Assembly (NCBI GenBank): GCA_965207225.1
Contig: CBDBLV010000002.1
Span: 160,001-224,000 of the forward strand
Direction: 5' to 3'
DNA length: 64,000 bases
Origin: Dehalococcoidia bacterium
GTDB lineage: Bacteria > Chloroflexota > Dehalococcoidia > Plut-88900
Part shown: one piece after another, positions 18,960 through 28,894 of the stretch
Layout: each line of letters begins with the position of its first letter
Position numbering within the stretch: position 1 is the first letter of the stretch
Made by a program: the position numbers and the translations under genes
The notes under the pieces: generated by a model
What the model was told of the DNA's origin: nothing
The model's input: only the letters and a program-made list of their open reading frames with translations
Database searches by the model: none

Positions 18960-19320
18960 AAGGGTGCGGGTTCCGCTCACCCTGAGCGATTAGTCGAAGA
19001 GCCTGCCCCTGCAAAGGCAGGGGGTCGAGCGGGTGGGTGGCCCACATCTCTCCAACCTATCACACCCGTCTTACCCCATTCCACACCCTTCCCTGTCATT
19101 CCGATGCCCCGCGATGAATCTAGGACTTGCCCGCTCACGCCCTTTATCTCCTTCTCCCTTCCTTTCCCCAGTACTGAACTAGAGGGCCACGGGGGTGCGC
19201 AGCACCCCCGTGGCCCTCTAGTTCTTCTCTCCCCCTCTCCCTTAAAGGCCCTAAGAGCCTGCCCCGAGTCCCTCGAGGGGGGGAGGGGGATCAAGGGGGT
19301 GAGGGTTCCCCTGTGGGGCC
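18960..19320. repeat. Cluster of palindromic REP/MITE-like repeats including a 23-bp perfect hairpin (19176-19224)
   Basis: GAGCCTGCCCCTGC-AAAG-GCAGGGG unit and CCCCTCTCCCTTAAAGGCCC unit; homologous to 20275-20405 and to the reverse complement of 40979-41128. Confidence 0.75.
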
Positions 19321-19348
19321 AAGGGGCATCCCCCCTGAAATTGCACAT

Positions 19349-19377
19349 TTGCCCTACCTGAACCCCCGTGCTATACT
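19349..19377 (+). promoter_or_regulatory. sigma70 promoter of ncRNA-like element copy C
   Basis: TTGCCC-N17-TATACT with extended TG; shares GCACATTTGCCCT with copy A. Confidence 0.6.
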
Positions 19378-19532
19378 ACTCCCCGGGCATCCGACCTCGT
19401 ACCTCGGCGCCCATCACAGGAAAGGAATAAAGAGTCTTATGAGACGCAACAGCCTGATCAGCTCTCGTCTTACCCGGGCCCTGCGCAACCGCCCGGCTAC
19501 CGACACGCGCCTCCTTCCTCCACCCTTTCCTA

Positions 19533-19992
19533 CCAGGCGATGGAAGGTCCATCGACCACACGCGGCACACCTGTCTCCCAGGGCATTCCCGCGTCTGCGC
19601 CACCTTAATGGCGTACTCACCCCCGGCCACAGGCCAGGGGGACGACCCGACACCCTCGGGTCCCCGGAGGCCACCGCGCCCCGGCTCGACTCCCCCGTCG
19701 CTTCCCTCGGAACTGCCCCCTTTCACGGCGACGGGAAGGAGTATACGCCCGACCCCCTCCGAAGGGTCGAGAGCGTCTGGGGTTCTTACCCCTTTCAGGA
19801 CTCCCCCCTCTTCCCTCTCGGAGACCCCTGTTCACCCAGAGACGGCAGAGAGTCCGCGCTCCCATCCCTCCGAATGGTAGAGCGTCTCCCGCATACGGAC
19901 AGGCCTGAGCTTCCCTCTAGCCCTGCCGACATGCGGGTCTGGCGCAGCTGGCCCCCGGCCCCTGCGCCCTGGTCATGGATCCTCCATCGCCT
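19533..19992 (+). ncRNA. Putative large structured ncRNA, copy C (with internal domain duplication)
   Basis: Closing stem AGGCGATGGAAGGTCCA / TGGATCCTCCATCGCCT, covarying internal hairpins, homology to 40344-40676 and 49288-49599. Confidence 0.55.
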
Positions 19993-19999
19993 ACACCCT

Positions 20000-20450
20000 C
20001 TTCCCGTCATTCCCGACCCCGATCGGGACCCTACGGGCGGGGGTTCCGCTCGCCCTGAGCGGAGTCGAAGGGTCTCAAGAGCGGAACGGAGTGGTATCCC
20101 CTCCTCGGAGCGGGGGACGGCCCACACACGACTGTCATGCCTCGCCAGTCATTCCCACCCCCTCCCCCTCCGTCATTCCTGCGGAGGGCAGAGCCTGCCC
20201 CTGCGAAGGCAGGGGAACCCATCCCTCCGGAACAATCACCTGCGATTTCGCAACTCACGCCATCCCCTCCCTTTCCACCAGTACCAAACTAGAGGGAGCA
20301 GTTGGCGCAGGCGCGCCAACTGCTCCCTCTGTTTTTCCTTCCCCCTCTCCCTTAAAGGCCCTAAGGGAGAGGGGGAACAAGGGGGAGAGGGTTCCCCTGT
20401 GGGGCTGAGGGTATCCCCTCTCCGTAGGGGCGACCGGCGGGTCGCCCTCC
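20000..20450. repeat. Mixed palindromic repeat array (GTCATTCC-type, GAGCCTGCCCCTG, long hairpin 20291-20330, GTAGGGGCGACC REP)
   Basis: Several short inverted repeats also found at 18960-19320 and 40979-41560. Confidence 0.7.
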
Positions 20451-20637
20451 CCCCTGCGACACGCGAAATCCCCAGAAAACCCTTTAGGCGTCGTTCAATC
20501 AAAACAGCTACGAGGTCAATCAACGTTCAATCAAAATCACAACCCCACAACCGGATAGAGACCCGGTGTGTCGCAAACCCACCCCACGGTACCTCGCCTT
20601 GAACACCCCCACCCTTCGTGCTAAGCTACCGACCCGT

Positions 20638-20714
<77 letters not shown>

Positions 20715-20837
20715 TTCCCATCCCTCATACCATCAGCCCGGACTGGTTTTCCTCCTTCCTCCAATGGCCTCTCGTCAGATGAAGTCCAGCCTGTCTGCTA
20801 TAATCGACCCAAATCTGCACTTGGCGGGAGGCTGAAC

Positions 20838-22046
20838 ATGGGAACCGCACTGGACGGAGTTCGAGTCATTGACCTCACCCAGTTCGAGGCTGGAACCACC
20901 TGCACGCAGGCCCTCGCCTGGCTCGGTGCAGACGTCATCAAGGTCGAGGCCCCCGGCCGCGGCGACCCCGGCCGCAAGGTGCGGGACGACGGTAAGGGCT
21001 TCGACAGCTACTACTTCATGACCCTGAACTCCAACAAGAAGAGCATCACCCTGGACCTCAAGACCGAAGAGGGCAAGCTCATCTTCTTCGACCTTATCAG
21101 GAAGGGCGACATCGTAGCCGAGAACATGGGCCCCGGCACCCTGGAGCGCCTCGGTCTCGGATACGATGTTCTTTCCCAGGTAAACCCCCGGATCATCCTG
21201 GCCCGGGTCAAGGGCTTCGGTACCTACGGGCCCTACAGCAGCTACAAGAGCTTCGACATGATAGCCCTCACCACCGGAGGCGCCGTGGCCATGACCGGCG
21301 AACCGGGCGGCCCTCCGCTTCTGCCCGGTGTAACGGCGGGAGACATCGGCACGGGTTACCACACGGCGCTGGGCATCATGGCCGCCCTGTGGCAGCGAGA
21401 GAAGACGGGCAAGGGACAGGAGGTAGAGGTCTCCATGCAGGACGCCGTGGTGAATTTCACCCGGGTCACCATGCACGGCTACTACTACGACAAGGAAATC
21501 CCCGACCGCCGGGGCAGGTCGTCCCCAGGCTCTTCTCCCTGTGATCTGTTCAGGTGCAAGCCCGGCGGCAAAGACGACTACGTTTACCTCTATATCAACG
21601 GCATCATCGGCCAGAGACTGTGGGACGACTTCCTGCGCCTCATGGAACGGGAAGACCTGATAGGAGACCCCCGGTTTTCTACCAACGACGCCCGCGTTGC
21701 CAACAACGACGAGCTCACCTCCATAATCGAAGAATGGTCAGCCAGGCACGACAAGCACGAAATTATGAAGCTGATGGGAGAGATCGGGGTGACTGCCGGT
21801 GCCCTGATGAACGCCGAGGACATCCATTCCGACCCCCACCTCTTGGAAAGGGAAATGATCGTCACTATCGATCATCCCCAGCGCGGCGAGTTCACCTTCC
21901 CCGGCAACCCCATCAAGCTCTCTGACTCCCCCACCCATGTGGAACCCTCCCCGTTGCTGGGCCAGCATACGGAGCAAGTCCTGTCTGAAGTCCTGGGCTA
22001 TGACGGAGAGCGCATCGGCAGGTTGAAGGAGTCGGGCGTCGTTTAG
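20838..22046 (+). CDS. Family III CoA-transferase (formyl-CoA transferase-like)
   Basis: 'DLTQFEAGTTCTQALAWLGADVIKVE', 'LNSNKKSITLD', catalytic 'GDIGTG'. Confidence 0.9.
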   Translation: MGTALDGVRVIDLTQFEAGTTCTQALAWLGADVIKVEAPGRGDPGRKVRDDGKGFDSYYFMTLNSNKKSITLDLKTEEGKLIFFDLIRKGDIVAENMGPGTLERLGLGYDVLSQVNPRIILARVKGFGTYGPYSSYKSFDMIALTTGGAVAMTGEPGGPPLLPGVTAGDIGTGYHTALGIMAALWQREKTGKGQEVEVSMQDAVVNFTRVTMHGYYYDKEIPDRRGRSSPGSSPCDLFRCKPGGKDDYVYLYINGIIGQRLWDDFLRLMEREDLIGDPRFSTNDARVANNDELTSIIEEWSARHDKHEIMKLMGEIGVTAGALMNAEDIHSDPHLLEREMIVTIDHPQRGEFTFPGNPIKLSDSPTHVEPSPLLGQHTEQVLSEVLGYDGERIGRLKESGVV

Positions 22047-22169
22047 GGCTCCAGTACTCCGCACAGGGGCCGGGCCATCGATTTAACCTTGTCAAGGGAA
22101 GTCATGGTCAGCTTGTGCGGCGAGTACAACTCTCCTTCTTTCCTAAAGAGCTGGACCTAGGCTCCACCC

Positions 22170-22760
22170 ATGCTGCGATTCTTCCGCAAAAAAGAGCCCA
22201 AACCCCTCGATGTCCAAATAGAGGAGAGGGAGACCCAGGAGGGCAAGACCCGACCCATCCCATGGCGACCTCTACACGTAATCGGGCTGCTGACCGTAGC
22301 CTTCATATTCGTCTTCTCTTGTGGCAGTGTGATCTTCTTCATGGTGGGGCCGGAGCTGGGAGAGGAGCCCGTACCCACAGCCAGGGCCGTCATCCCCGAG
22401 GAGTTCATCATCCGCGGCACCGTATTCGCCGAAGAAGGCCAGTTCGACCTGGCAGTCCGGGACTTTACCGAAGCGCTGCGCCTCCGCCCCGACTACGACG
22501 CCGCATACTACAACCGCGGCCTCACCTACGTGAAGATGGAGCGCTATGAAGAAGGGATCCAGGACTTCACCACCACCATATCCATCGCCCCGACCCACCA
22601 GGGCGCCTACGTTCAGCGGGCCTTCGCCTACGTCCTCCTCGGCCGCGACGCTGAAGCCGAAGCCGACGTGCTTGAAGCAATTGAGTTGGGCGTCGACGAG
22701 GATGAGTTGCGGGCAAGGATAGAGGGAGCGAAATTGTCTCGGGATGCGGAAAACCCCTAG
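22170..22760 (+). CDS. Membrane-anchored TPR protein
   Basis: TM helix followed by TPRs 'AYYNRGLTY', 'AYVQRAFAY'. Confidence 0.8.
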   Translation: MLRFFRKKEPKPLDVQIEERETQEGKTRPIPWRPLHVIGLLTVAFIFVFSCGSVIFFMVGPELGEEPVPTARAVIPEEFIIRGTVFAEEGQFDLAVRDFTEALRLRPDYDAAYYNRGLTYVKMERYEEGIQDFTTTISIAPTHQGAYVQRAFAYVLLGRDAEAEADVLEAIELGVDEDELRARIEGAKLSRDAENP

Positions 22761-23617
22761 GCCCTTCGGCCCTCCACCCAGACCCGGTACACCCTGTTCC
22801 TGCCCACCCCCGACTCTCGTCTCACCCTCTCCACTGCTTCCCTGCCCGTTATCCCCCGAGTCTCCAGGTTTGTCAGAGCAGCCGCCAATTCCTCATCGGT
22901 GACCTCCGTGTCCGGTTGATGGGAGGGTCCGATTACAATGGTGAACTCCCCGCGAGGCTTATCGAAGTAGTTGACAGCATCCGAAGCGGTACCCCTAAAG
23001 ACCTCTTCGTGGAGCTTGGTCAGCTCCCGGCAAACGGCAACCTCGACATCCGGGGCAAGGGCATCTATGTCGTTCAAGGCGGCCAACAATCGGTGCGGCG
23101 CCTCATAGGCCACCACGGTCCGACCCCCTTGTAACACCGAAGCCAACATCTTCCTCCGCTCCGAGGCCTTTCTGGGCAGGAATCCAACAAAGGTGAACTG
23201 GGCGGTGGGGAGACCCGAGACTGCCAGAGTGGAAGTAACGGCGGTTGGGCCCGGGACGGGGACAACAGGTATCGAATCCTTGATGGCTGCCAGAATGAGG
23301 TCGTGGCCCGGATCGCTGATGTTGGGCATCCCCGCCTCCGAGACCAGGGCCAGGTCCAGGGTCCTCATGTGCTCTACCAGCTGGCCCAGCTTGGCATCAC
23401 CGCTGTGGTCGTGGAAGCTGGTGATTCGAGTCTTTATGTCATAGCGTTGGAGGAGGCGTCTCGTTATGCGGGTGTCCTCGGCCGCGATGAGCGGCACTTC
23501 GCGCAGGACGCGAAGCGCCCTAAGGGTTACATCTTCCAGGTTGCCTATAGGCGTCCCAACCAGGTAGAGCAATGCTTCTCCATACGCTCGGCCGCGAGCA
23601 ATCAAACTGTGGGTCAT
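22757..23617 (-). CDS. rsmI: 16S rRNA (C1402-2'-O)-methyltransferase
   Basis: 'LYLVGTPIGNLEDVTLRA', 'AEDTR', 'ISDPG', 'RELTKLHEE'; start uncertain. Confidence 0.93.
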   Translation of the reverse strand: MTHSLIARGRAYGEALLYLVGTPIGNLEDVTLRALRVLREVPLIAAEDTRITRRLLQRYDIKTRITSFHDHSGDAKLGQLVEHMRTLDLALVSEAGMPNISDPGHDLILAAIKDSIPVVPVPGPTAVTSTLAVSGLPTAQFTFVGFLPRKASERRKMLASVLQGGRTVVAYEAPHRLLAALNDIDALAPDVEVAVCRELTKLHEEVFRGTASDAVNYFDKPRGEFTIVIGPSHQPDTEVTDEELAAALTNLETRGITGREAVERVRRESGVGRNRVYRVWVEGRRA

Positions 23618-23705
23618 GGTAGCACCGACAGAAAGGGTCTGCCCCTTAACTGCTGCCCAAGTCCAATGCGTTGACAAGCCGACTACCCGCTATTAGGGTT
23701 TTCCC

Positions 23706-24962
23706 ATGAACCTGCTCCCACCGCTCAGAGTCCTGGACATCACGCGTGAAAACGGCTTCCTGTGCGGGAAGATCCTCGCCGATCTGGGCTGCGACGTGCT
23801 CAAGATCGAAGAACCGGGCGGAGACCCGGGCCGGCTCCATGGCCCCTTCTATCAGGACACTTCCGATCCCGACAAAAGCCTTTACTGGTGGGCTTTTAAC
23901 GCCAACAAGCGAGGCATCACCCTCAACATCGAAAGGCCGGAGGGCCGTGCACTCTTCCTTCGTCTCGCAGAAAAGGCAGACTTTGTAATCGAGTCCTTTG
24001 CGCCGGGCTACATGGACGAAATGGGTCTCGGATACCGGGAGCTTGGGAAGCTCAATCCAGGACTCGTAGTGACCTCTATCACCCCCTTCGGGCAGTCGGG
24101 GCCTTACGCCCGATATAAGGTGACCGACCTAATCGGCATGGCTATGGGGGGCATCATGTACATCAGCGGAGATGACGACCGACCTCCGGTCAGAATCAGT
24201 TATCCTCAAGCTTGGAGCCACGCCGCCCTTCAGGCCGCAGTGGGAACCATGAATGCGTACTACTATCGAGAAAGCAGCGGCAAGGGCCAGCACGTGGACG
24301 CCTCCATGCAGCTCTCCGTAATTTGGACACAGATGAACGCGACCATCACGTGGGACATGTCACGCATGAACACCCTGCGGGGCGGAGCTGTGAAGACCTT
24401 CTCAATGGTTAGGGATGGAAAGGCCATGGACGTGCCCATCCGCTACACATGGAAATGCAAGGACGGCTATGTGAATTTCGTCATCGTCGGCTCTGGTCCA
24501 GGTGTCAGGGTAAACCAGGCCCTGGTGGACTGGATGAACAGTGAGGGAATAGGGCTAGAGCTCAAAGGGTTCGATTGGGCGGGATTCGGGTTTGTGCCCA
24601 CAGACCCCGAGACCCGAGAAATGCTGGAACGCAACATCGGTGAGTTCTTTGAGGCCCACACCGTGGAGGAGTTGTACGAAGGAGCCGTGGCCCAGCGTAT
24701 CTGGATAGCGCCTATCGGGACTCCGGCCTACCAGATAGTGAATCCCCAGCTCAAGGCGCGGGGATTCTGGCACGAAGTATTTGACCCGGAGATTGGGGAG
24801 ACGGTGGTATATCCCGGATGGCCCATCAAGCAATCGGAGAGTCCGGTTGGGCCGCCTAATCGGGCGCCGCACGTCGGGGAGCATAACCCGGCAATCTACT
24901 GCGGAGAGCTGGGCTTAGAGGCTGCTGACCTGGCCCGCCATGAGGAATCGGGAGTTATCTGA
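23706..24962 (+). CDS. Family III CoA-transferase, probable non-catalytic (BbsE-like) subunit
   Basis: CaiB fold motifs; catalytic Asp position reads 'PQAWSHAA'. Confidence 0.85.
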   Translation: MNLLPPLRVLDITRENGFLCGKILADLGCDVLKIEEPGGDPGRLHGPFYQDTSDPDKSLYWWAFNANKRGITLNIERPEGRALFLRLAEKADFVIESFAPGYMDEMGLGYRELGKLNPGLVVTSITPFGQSGPYARYKVTDLIGMAMGGIMYISGDDDRPPVRISYPQAWSHAALQAAVGTMNAYYYRESSGKGQHVDASMQLSVIWTQMNATITWDMSRMNTLRGGAVKTFSMVRDGKAMDVPIRYTWKCKDGYVNFVIVGSGPGVRVNQALVDWMNSEGIGLELKGFDWAGFGFVPTDPETREMLERNIGEFFEAHTVEELYEGAVAQRIWIAPIGTPAYQIVNPQLKARGFWHEVFDPEIGETVVYPGWPIKQSESPVGPPNRAPHVGEHNPAIYCGELGLEAADLARHEESGVI

Positions 24963-24974
24963 GGAGCCTGATCC

Positions 24975-26195
24975 ATGCCCGACCAGATATTTGAAGGGAT
25001 CAAGGTAGCCGACTTCACGTGGGTGGGAGTCGGGCCCATAACCATCAAGAACCTCGCCGACCATGGGGCGACGGTCGTCCACATAGAATCCCACACTCAC
25101 CTGGACACGCTGCGGATGACGCCGCCCTTCAAGGACGGCATCGCGGGTGTGGACCGCAGCGCATTCATGGCGGACTACAACACGAACAAGTACGGCGTGA
25201 GCCTGGACATAAACACCCCCAAGGGGTTGGAGATTGCCCGAGACCTTATCCTTTGGTCGGACGTGGTCGCGGAGTCCTTCAGCCCGCGGGCCATGGGCAA
25301 GTGGGGGCTGGACTACGAGAGCATCAGCAAGATCAAGCCCGACATCATTTACTACAGCGCTAGCCAGCAAGGTCACGGAGGGCCCCATAGTGGTTTCATC
25401 GGGTTCGGAATGATGATGGCCAGCCTGTCCGGATACGCACACCTTACGGGTTGGCCGGACCGGGACCCGGCTCCACCATACGGCGCCTACACCGATTTTA
25501 TATCGCCGTTCTTCGGAGCCGCAGCGCTGGTCGCTGCGTTGGACTACAAGAGGAAGACGGGGGTCGGGCAGCACCTTGACCTGTCCCAGCTGGAGTGCGG
25601 TTTACAGCTCATCGCTCCGGTGCAGATGGACTACGTCCTAAATCGCCACGAGATGAAGCGGGACGGGAACCGGGACCCGAGGGCCGCACCTCACAACGCG
25701 TATCCGTGTCTGGGAGAAGACTCATGGTGTGCAATCGCCGTCTTCACAGAAGAGGAATGGACGAGCCTGTGCATGGTGTTGGACAAGCCCGAATGGGCTA
25801 GAGACCCGCGCTTCGAGAACCTGGAGGCCAGGAAGGCCAACGAGGACGAACTGGACAGGCTGATCGGGGAGTGGACTCGGGGGTGCGAGGCACAGGAAAT
25901 CATGGAAGCCCTGCAGTCCGTGGGCGTCCCGGCGGGCGTAGTGCTCAATGCAGAAGGTCAGTTCAACGATCCCCAGGTCAAGTATCGGGGGTTTTTCAAG
26001 CACCTTGAGCACGAGGTGATCGGGCGGCACGCTTATGACGGGTTTTCTTTTGAGCTTTCCCGCACGCCGGGAACCCTGGCGGCGGCTCCAACTCTCGGAC
26101 AGCACAATGAGTACGTCTACAAGGAGATCTTGGGCATGACCGACGAGGAGATAGGTGACCTCATCGCCGAAGGCGTGATCACCGTAGAGGCCTGA
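24975..26195 (+). CDS. Family III CoA-transferase (BbsF-like catalytic subunit)
   Basis: 'DFTWVGVGP', 'YTDFISP'. Confidence 0.88.
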   Translation: MPDQIFEGIKVADFTWVGVGPITIKNLADHGATVVHIESHTHLDTLRMTPPFKDGIAGVDRSAFMADYNTNKYGVSLDINTPKGLEIARDLILWSDVVAESFSPRAMGKWGLDYESISKIKPDIIYYSASQQGHGGPHSGFIGFGMMMASLSGYAHLTGWPDRDPAPPYGAYTDFISPFFGAAALVAALDYKRKTGVGQHLDLSQLECGLQLIAPVQMDYVLNRHEMKRDGNRDPRAAPHNAYPCLGEDSWCAIAVFTEEEWTSLCMVLDKPEWARDPRFENLEARKANEDELDRLIGEWTRGCEAQEIMEALQSVGVPAGVVLNAEGQFNDPQVKYRGFFKHLEHEVIGRHAYDGFSFELSRTPGTLAAAPTLGQHNEYVYKEILGMTDEEIGDLIAEGVITVEA

Positions 26196-26225
26196 GCCAG
26201 CCATCGGGCCGGGAGGACTTCATAT

Positions 26226-27428
26226 ATGACTTTGCCGCTGGACGGAATCAAGGTAATCGACCTTTCGCGCATGGCCCCGGGGCCCTTCTGCACCATGGTG
26301 CTGTCGGACCTGGGGGCTGACGTGCTGAAGGTTGAGGAGTTCGCGCTGAGCGGGCGTCGAGCGGCGGTAAAGGGGGCGATGGCAGGGGCGGGGTGGCTGA
26401 ACCGTTCAGAAGAAGAGAACGCCTACGACCCCATGGCCCGCGGCAAGCGGAGCATCGGCCTGAACCTGAAGAGTGAAGAGGCGCGCCAGGTGCTATACAA
26501 GCTGGTCAAGGACGCCGACGTATTTGTGGAAGAGTTCAGGCCGGGGGTGGTGAAACGGCTCGGGGTGGACTACGAGACGATAAGCGGGATAAACCCGGGC
26601 ATTGTCTATCTCTCCGTCACGGGATACGGGCAGACCGGGCCTTACAGGAGCATGGTGGGGCATGATATTAACTACACCTCGACGGCCGGGGCCCAGGGGG
26701 CGATTGGGAGCGCAAGCGGAGAACACGCCATCCCCTGGAACCTCTTGGGGGATTTTGCAGGCGGTGGCCTGACCGCAGCAGTGGCAGTTCTGGGAGCACT
26801 GGTGGAGAAGAAGACCACGGGAAGAGGCAGGTACGTGGACGTGGCCATGACGGACGGAGTCATCTACCTGATGGCAACCATGTTCGAGGACTATTTCAAG
26901 ACGGGGGATGTGCCTGTTCTCGGTCGGTCAAGGCTGGCGGGAGGAGACCCGCGGTACTCCGTATACCGCACCAAGGACGACAAGTTCATCTCCATTGCCA
27001 GTCTGGAACCCTGGTTCTACGTGGCACTGTGCCAGGCCATGGGCCTTGAGGAGATCGCCGACCACTACGAGTTCGGCATGGAAGATGGGCGCGTAAACGC
27101 CCAGCTTGCCGAAGCCTTTCTGACCCGTACCCGAGACGAATGGTTCGATGTGTTGAGCGAAGTCGACACCTGCGTGGGCCGGGTGTACGCCATTGACGAG
27201 GTTGCGGGTGACCCGCAGGTCCAGGACCGCGAGATGGTGGTAGAAATGGAACACTCTTCACTGGGAACGGTGAAGCAGGTGGGGATCCCCTTCAAGTTCG
27301 CCGGAGAGGCGATGAGGCCTCGAGGGTTTGGCCCGAGCATCGGGGAGCACACAGAAGATGTCCTGGGGTCGGTTGGCTATACGGCGGAGGATATCGACTC
27401 ATTGCGGGCGTCGGGGGCTGTGGGTTAG
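26226..27428 (+). CDS. CaiB/BaiF family protein, alpha-methylacyl-CoA racemase-like
   Basis: 'GHDINY' and 'LGDFAGGG' AMACR motifs. Confidence 0.85.
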   Translation: MTLPLDGIKVIDLSRMAPGPFCTMVLSDLGADVLKVEEFALSGRRAAVKGAMAGAGWLNRSEEENAYDPMARGKRSIGLNLKSEEARQVLYKLVKDADVFVEEFRPGVVKRLGVDYETISGINPGIVYLSVTGYGQTGPYRSMVGHDINYTSTAGAQGAIGSASGEHAIPWNLLGDFAGGGLTAAVAVLGALVEKKTTGRGRYVDVAMTDGVIYLMATMFEDYFKTGDVPVLGRSRLAGGDPRYSVYRTKDDKFISIASLEPWFYVALCQAMGLEEIADHYEFGMEDGRVNAQLAEAFLTRTRDEWFDVLSEVDTCVGRVYAIDEVAGDPQVQDREMVVEMEHSSLGTVKQVGIPFKFAGEAMRPRGFGPSIGEHTEDVLGSVGYTAEDIDSLRASGAVG

Positions 27429-27445
27429 GGGCCGCAGCACGCGGT

Positions 27446-28876
27446 TCAGCACACGGGATTCTTTACCACCCTGTCGTCTATCTTTCGGAAGAGCAGTGTT
27501 CCGCGCTCCTTTTCTGCGGACAATTGGCCGCCCTCTACTACCACCTTTCCTCGGTGTATGGTCGTCACGGGCCAGCCGTGCACTTCCCATCCCGCCCAGA
27601 TGCTGTAGTCTGCGCCGTGCAGGTCGGAGAGTTCGAGAGACTTGTGATAGTCGGGGTCGATGATGGCGATATCTGCGTCGCTTCCTGGAGCTAAGGCGCC
27701 CTTCTTGGGGTAGAAGCCCAGAAGCCGGGCGGCATTTGCAGAAGTTATATCCACGAACCTCTCCAAGCTCATTCCTCGCTTGACCACTCCTTCGCTGTAG
27801 CCGATACCCATGCGAGCCTCGACTCCCTCTGCACCTCCAGTAGTATCCTCAATTGTCTGGCCGCGCAGCTTCTGTTCCCTCGTAGTCCACAGCTCGTCGG
27901 TGGCGAGGGTGGACAAGCGGCCGTCGAGCAAGCCTTGCCAGAGGGTTTCCTGGTCGACCTCGGTCTTGAGTGAAGGATAGGTATGGTACAGGGCGCCGTC
28001 GGGTCTTTCGTAGTCATTGTGGTTGAAGGAGGCGTAATGGTGAAGGGTCTCTCCATAAACGGGTAAGCCCTTGGCCCGTGCCTCACCTATGGCCTCGACT
28101 CCCTCCCTGGCGCTTACGTGAACAAGGTACAGGGCGCAGTCCATCCATTCCGAGAGTCGGATTACTCGTCTGAATGAAATGTCCTCTGACATGTTGTTGT
28201 GAACATGGTGCATGTACTTGCGATGCACCTGACCTAGGTGGGCCTGCTTCTTGTACATGAACATCACGATGTCCTCATCCTCGGCATGGACGAGCATCAT
28301 TCCCCCGCCCCTGGCAACATGGCTCATGATCTCGCCCAAGTGGCCGATATCGGTCATCTGACGGGGGCGGTGGGGGGTGGTGTTGGTAGTCCAGACCTTG
28401 AAGCTAGGATATCCGGCTTCGATCACCTCCCCTATCTGTTCCATTACGGAGAAGGGCAGGTCGCCCTTGGTGGAATAAAGGGAAACGTGATAGGAATAAT
28501 CGACGTAGCTATTTCCCTTGAAGATGGCCTCTTTCTTTTCAAGGGTCTCGAAGAGGTCTTCACCAGGCTCCCAGTAGGCGAAGTCGATTAGAGTGGTGGT
28601 GCCGCCGAACAGGCAGGCCCGGCTAACATCCTCGATACTGCCAGCACTGACACCTTCGTGGGCGAGGGTGGGCACGGTCCAAGAGCAGTGGGCGTGGGGC
28701 TCGACGCCGCCGGGGACTACGATCTTGCCATTGGCATCGACGATGCGTTCTGCGTCGGACGGAAGGGCGGCTGGGTCGGAAACCGAGACTATGCGGCCGT
28801 CTTTAACCGAGACATCCCAAGGGCCAACGCCCCAAGGAGTCACGACAGTGCCGCCCCGGACCACCAAGTCAAGCAT
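27446..28876 (-). CDS. Cyclic amidohydrolase (dihydropyrimidinase/hydantoinase-like)
   Basis: 'PGGVEPHAH', 'GGTTTLIDF', 'VHAED', 'KGALAPGSDADI'. Confidence 0.85.
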   Translation of the reverse strand: MLDLVVRGGTVVTPWGVGPWDVSVKDGRIVSVSDPAALPSDAERIVDANGKIVVPGGVEPHAHCSWTVPTLAHEGVSAGSIEDVSRACLFGGTTTLIDFAYWEPGEDLFETLEKKEAIFKGNSYVDYSYHVSLYSTKGDLPFSVMEQIGEVIEAGYPSFKVWTTNTTPHRPRQMTDIGHLGEIMSHVARGGGMMLVHAEDEDIVMFMYKKQAHLGQVHRKYMHHVHNNMSEDISFRRVIRLSEWMDCALYLVHVSAREGVEAIGEARAKGLPVYGETLHHYASFNHNDYERPDGALYHTYPSLKTEVDQETLWQGLLDGRLSTLATDELWTTREQKLRGQTIEDTTGGAEGVEARMGIGYSEGVVKRGMSLERFVDITSANAARLLGFYPKKGALAPGSDADIAIIDPDYHKSLELSDLHGADYSIWAGWEVHGWPVTTIHRGKVVVEGGQLSAEKERGTLLFRKIDDRVVKNPVC

Positions 28877-28894
28877 CTTATGCCTCCTCCAACT

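Noticed and set aside
18960-20450. CRISPR array
   Set aside because: Repeats are heterogeneous palindromes without constant repeat-spacer periodicity, and there are no cas genes in the window
19313-20602. 429-aa ORF spanning the thrS-tRNA-Pro interval as a real protein
   Set aside because: Low-complexity Pro/Arg/Ser composition, runs through palindromic repeats, and the 'RRWKVH' frame stops early in the other two copies; kept only as an alternative hypothesis
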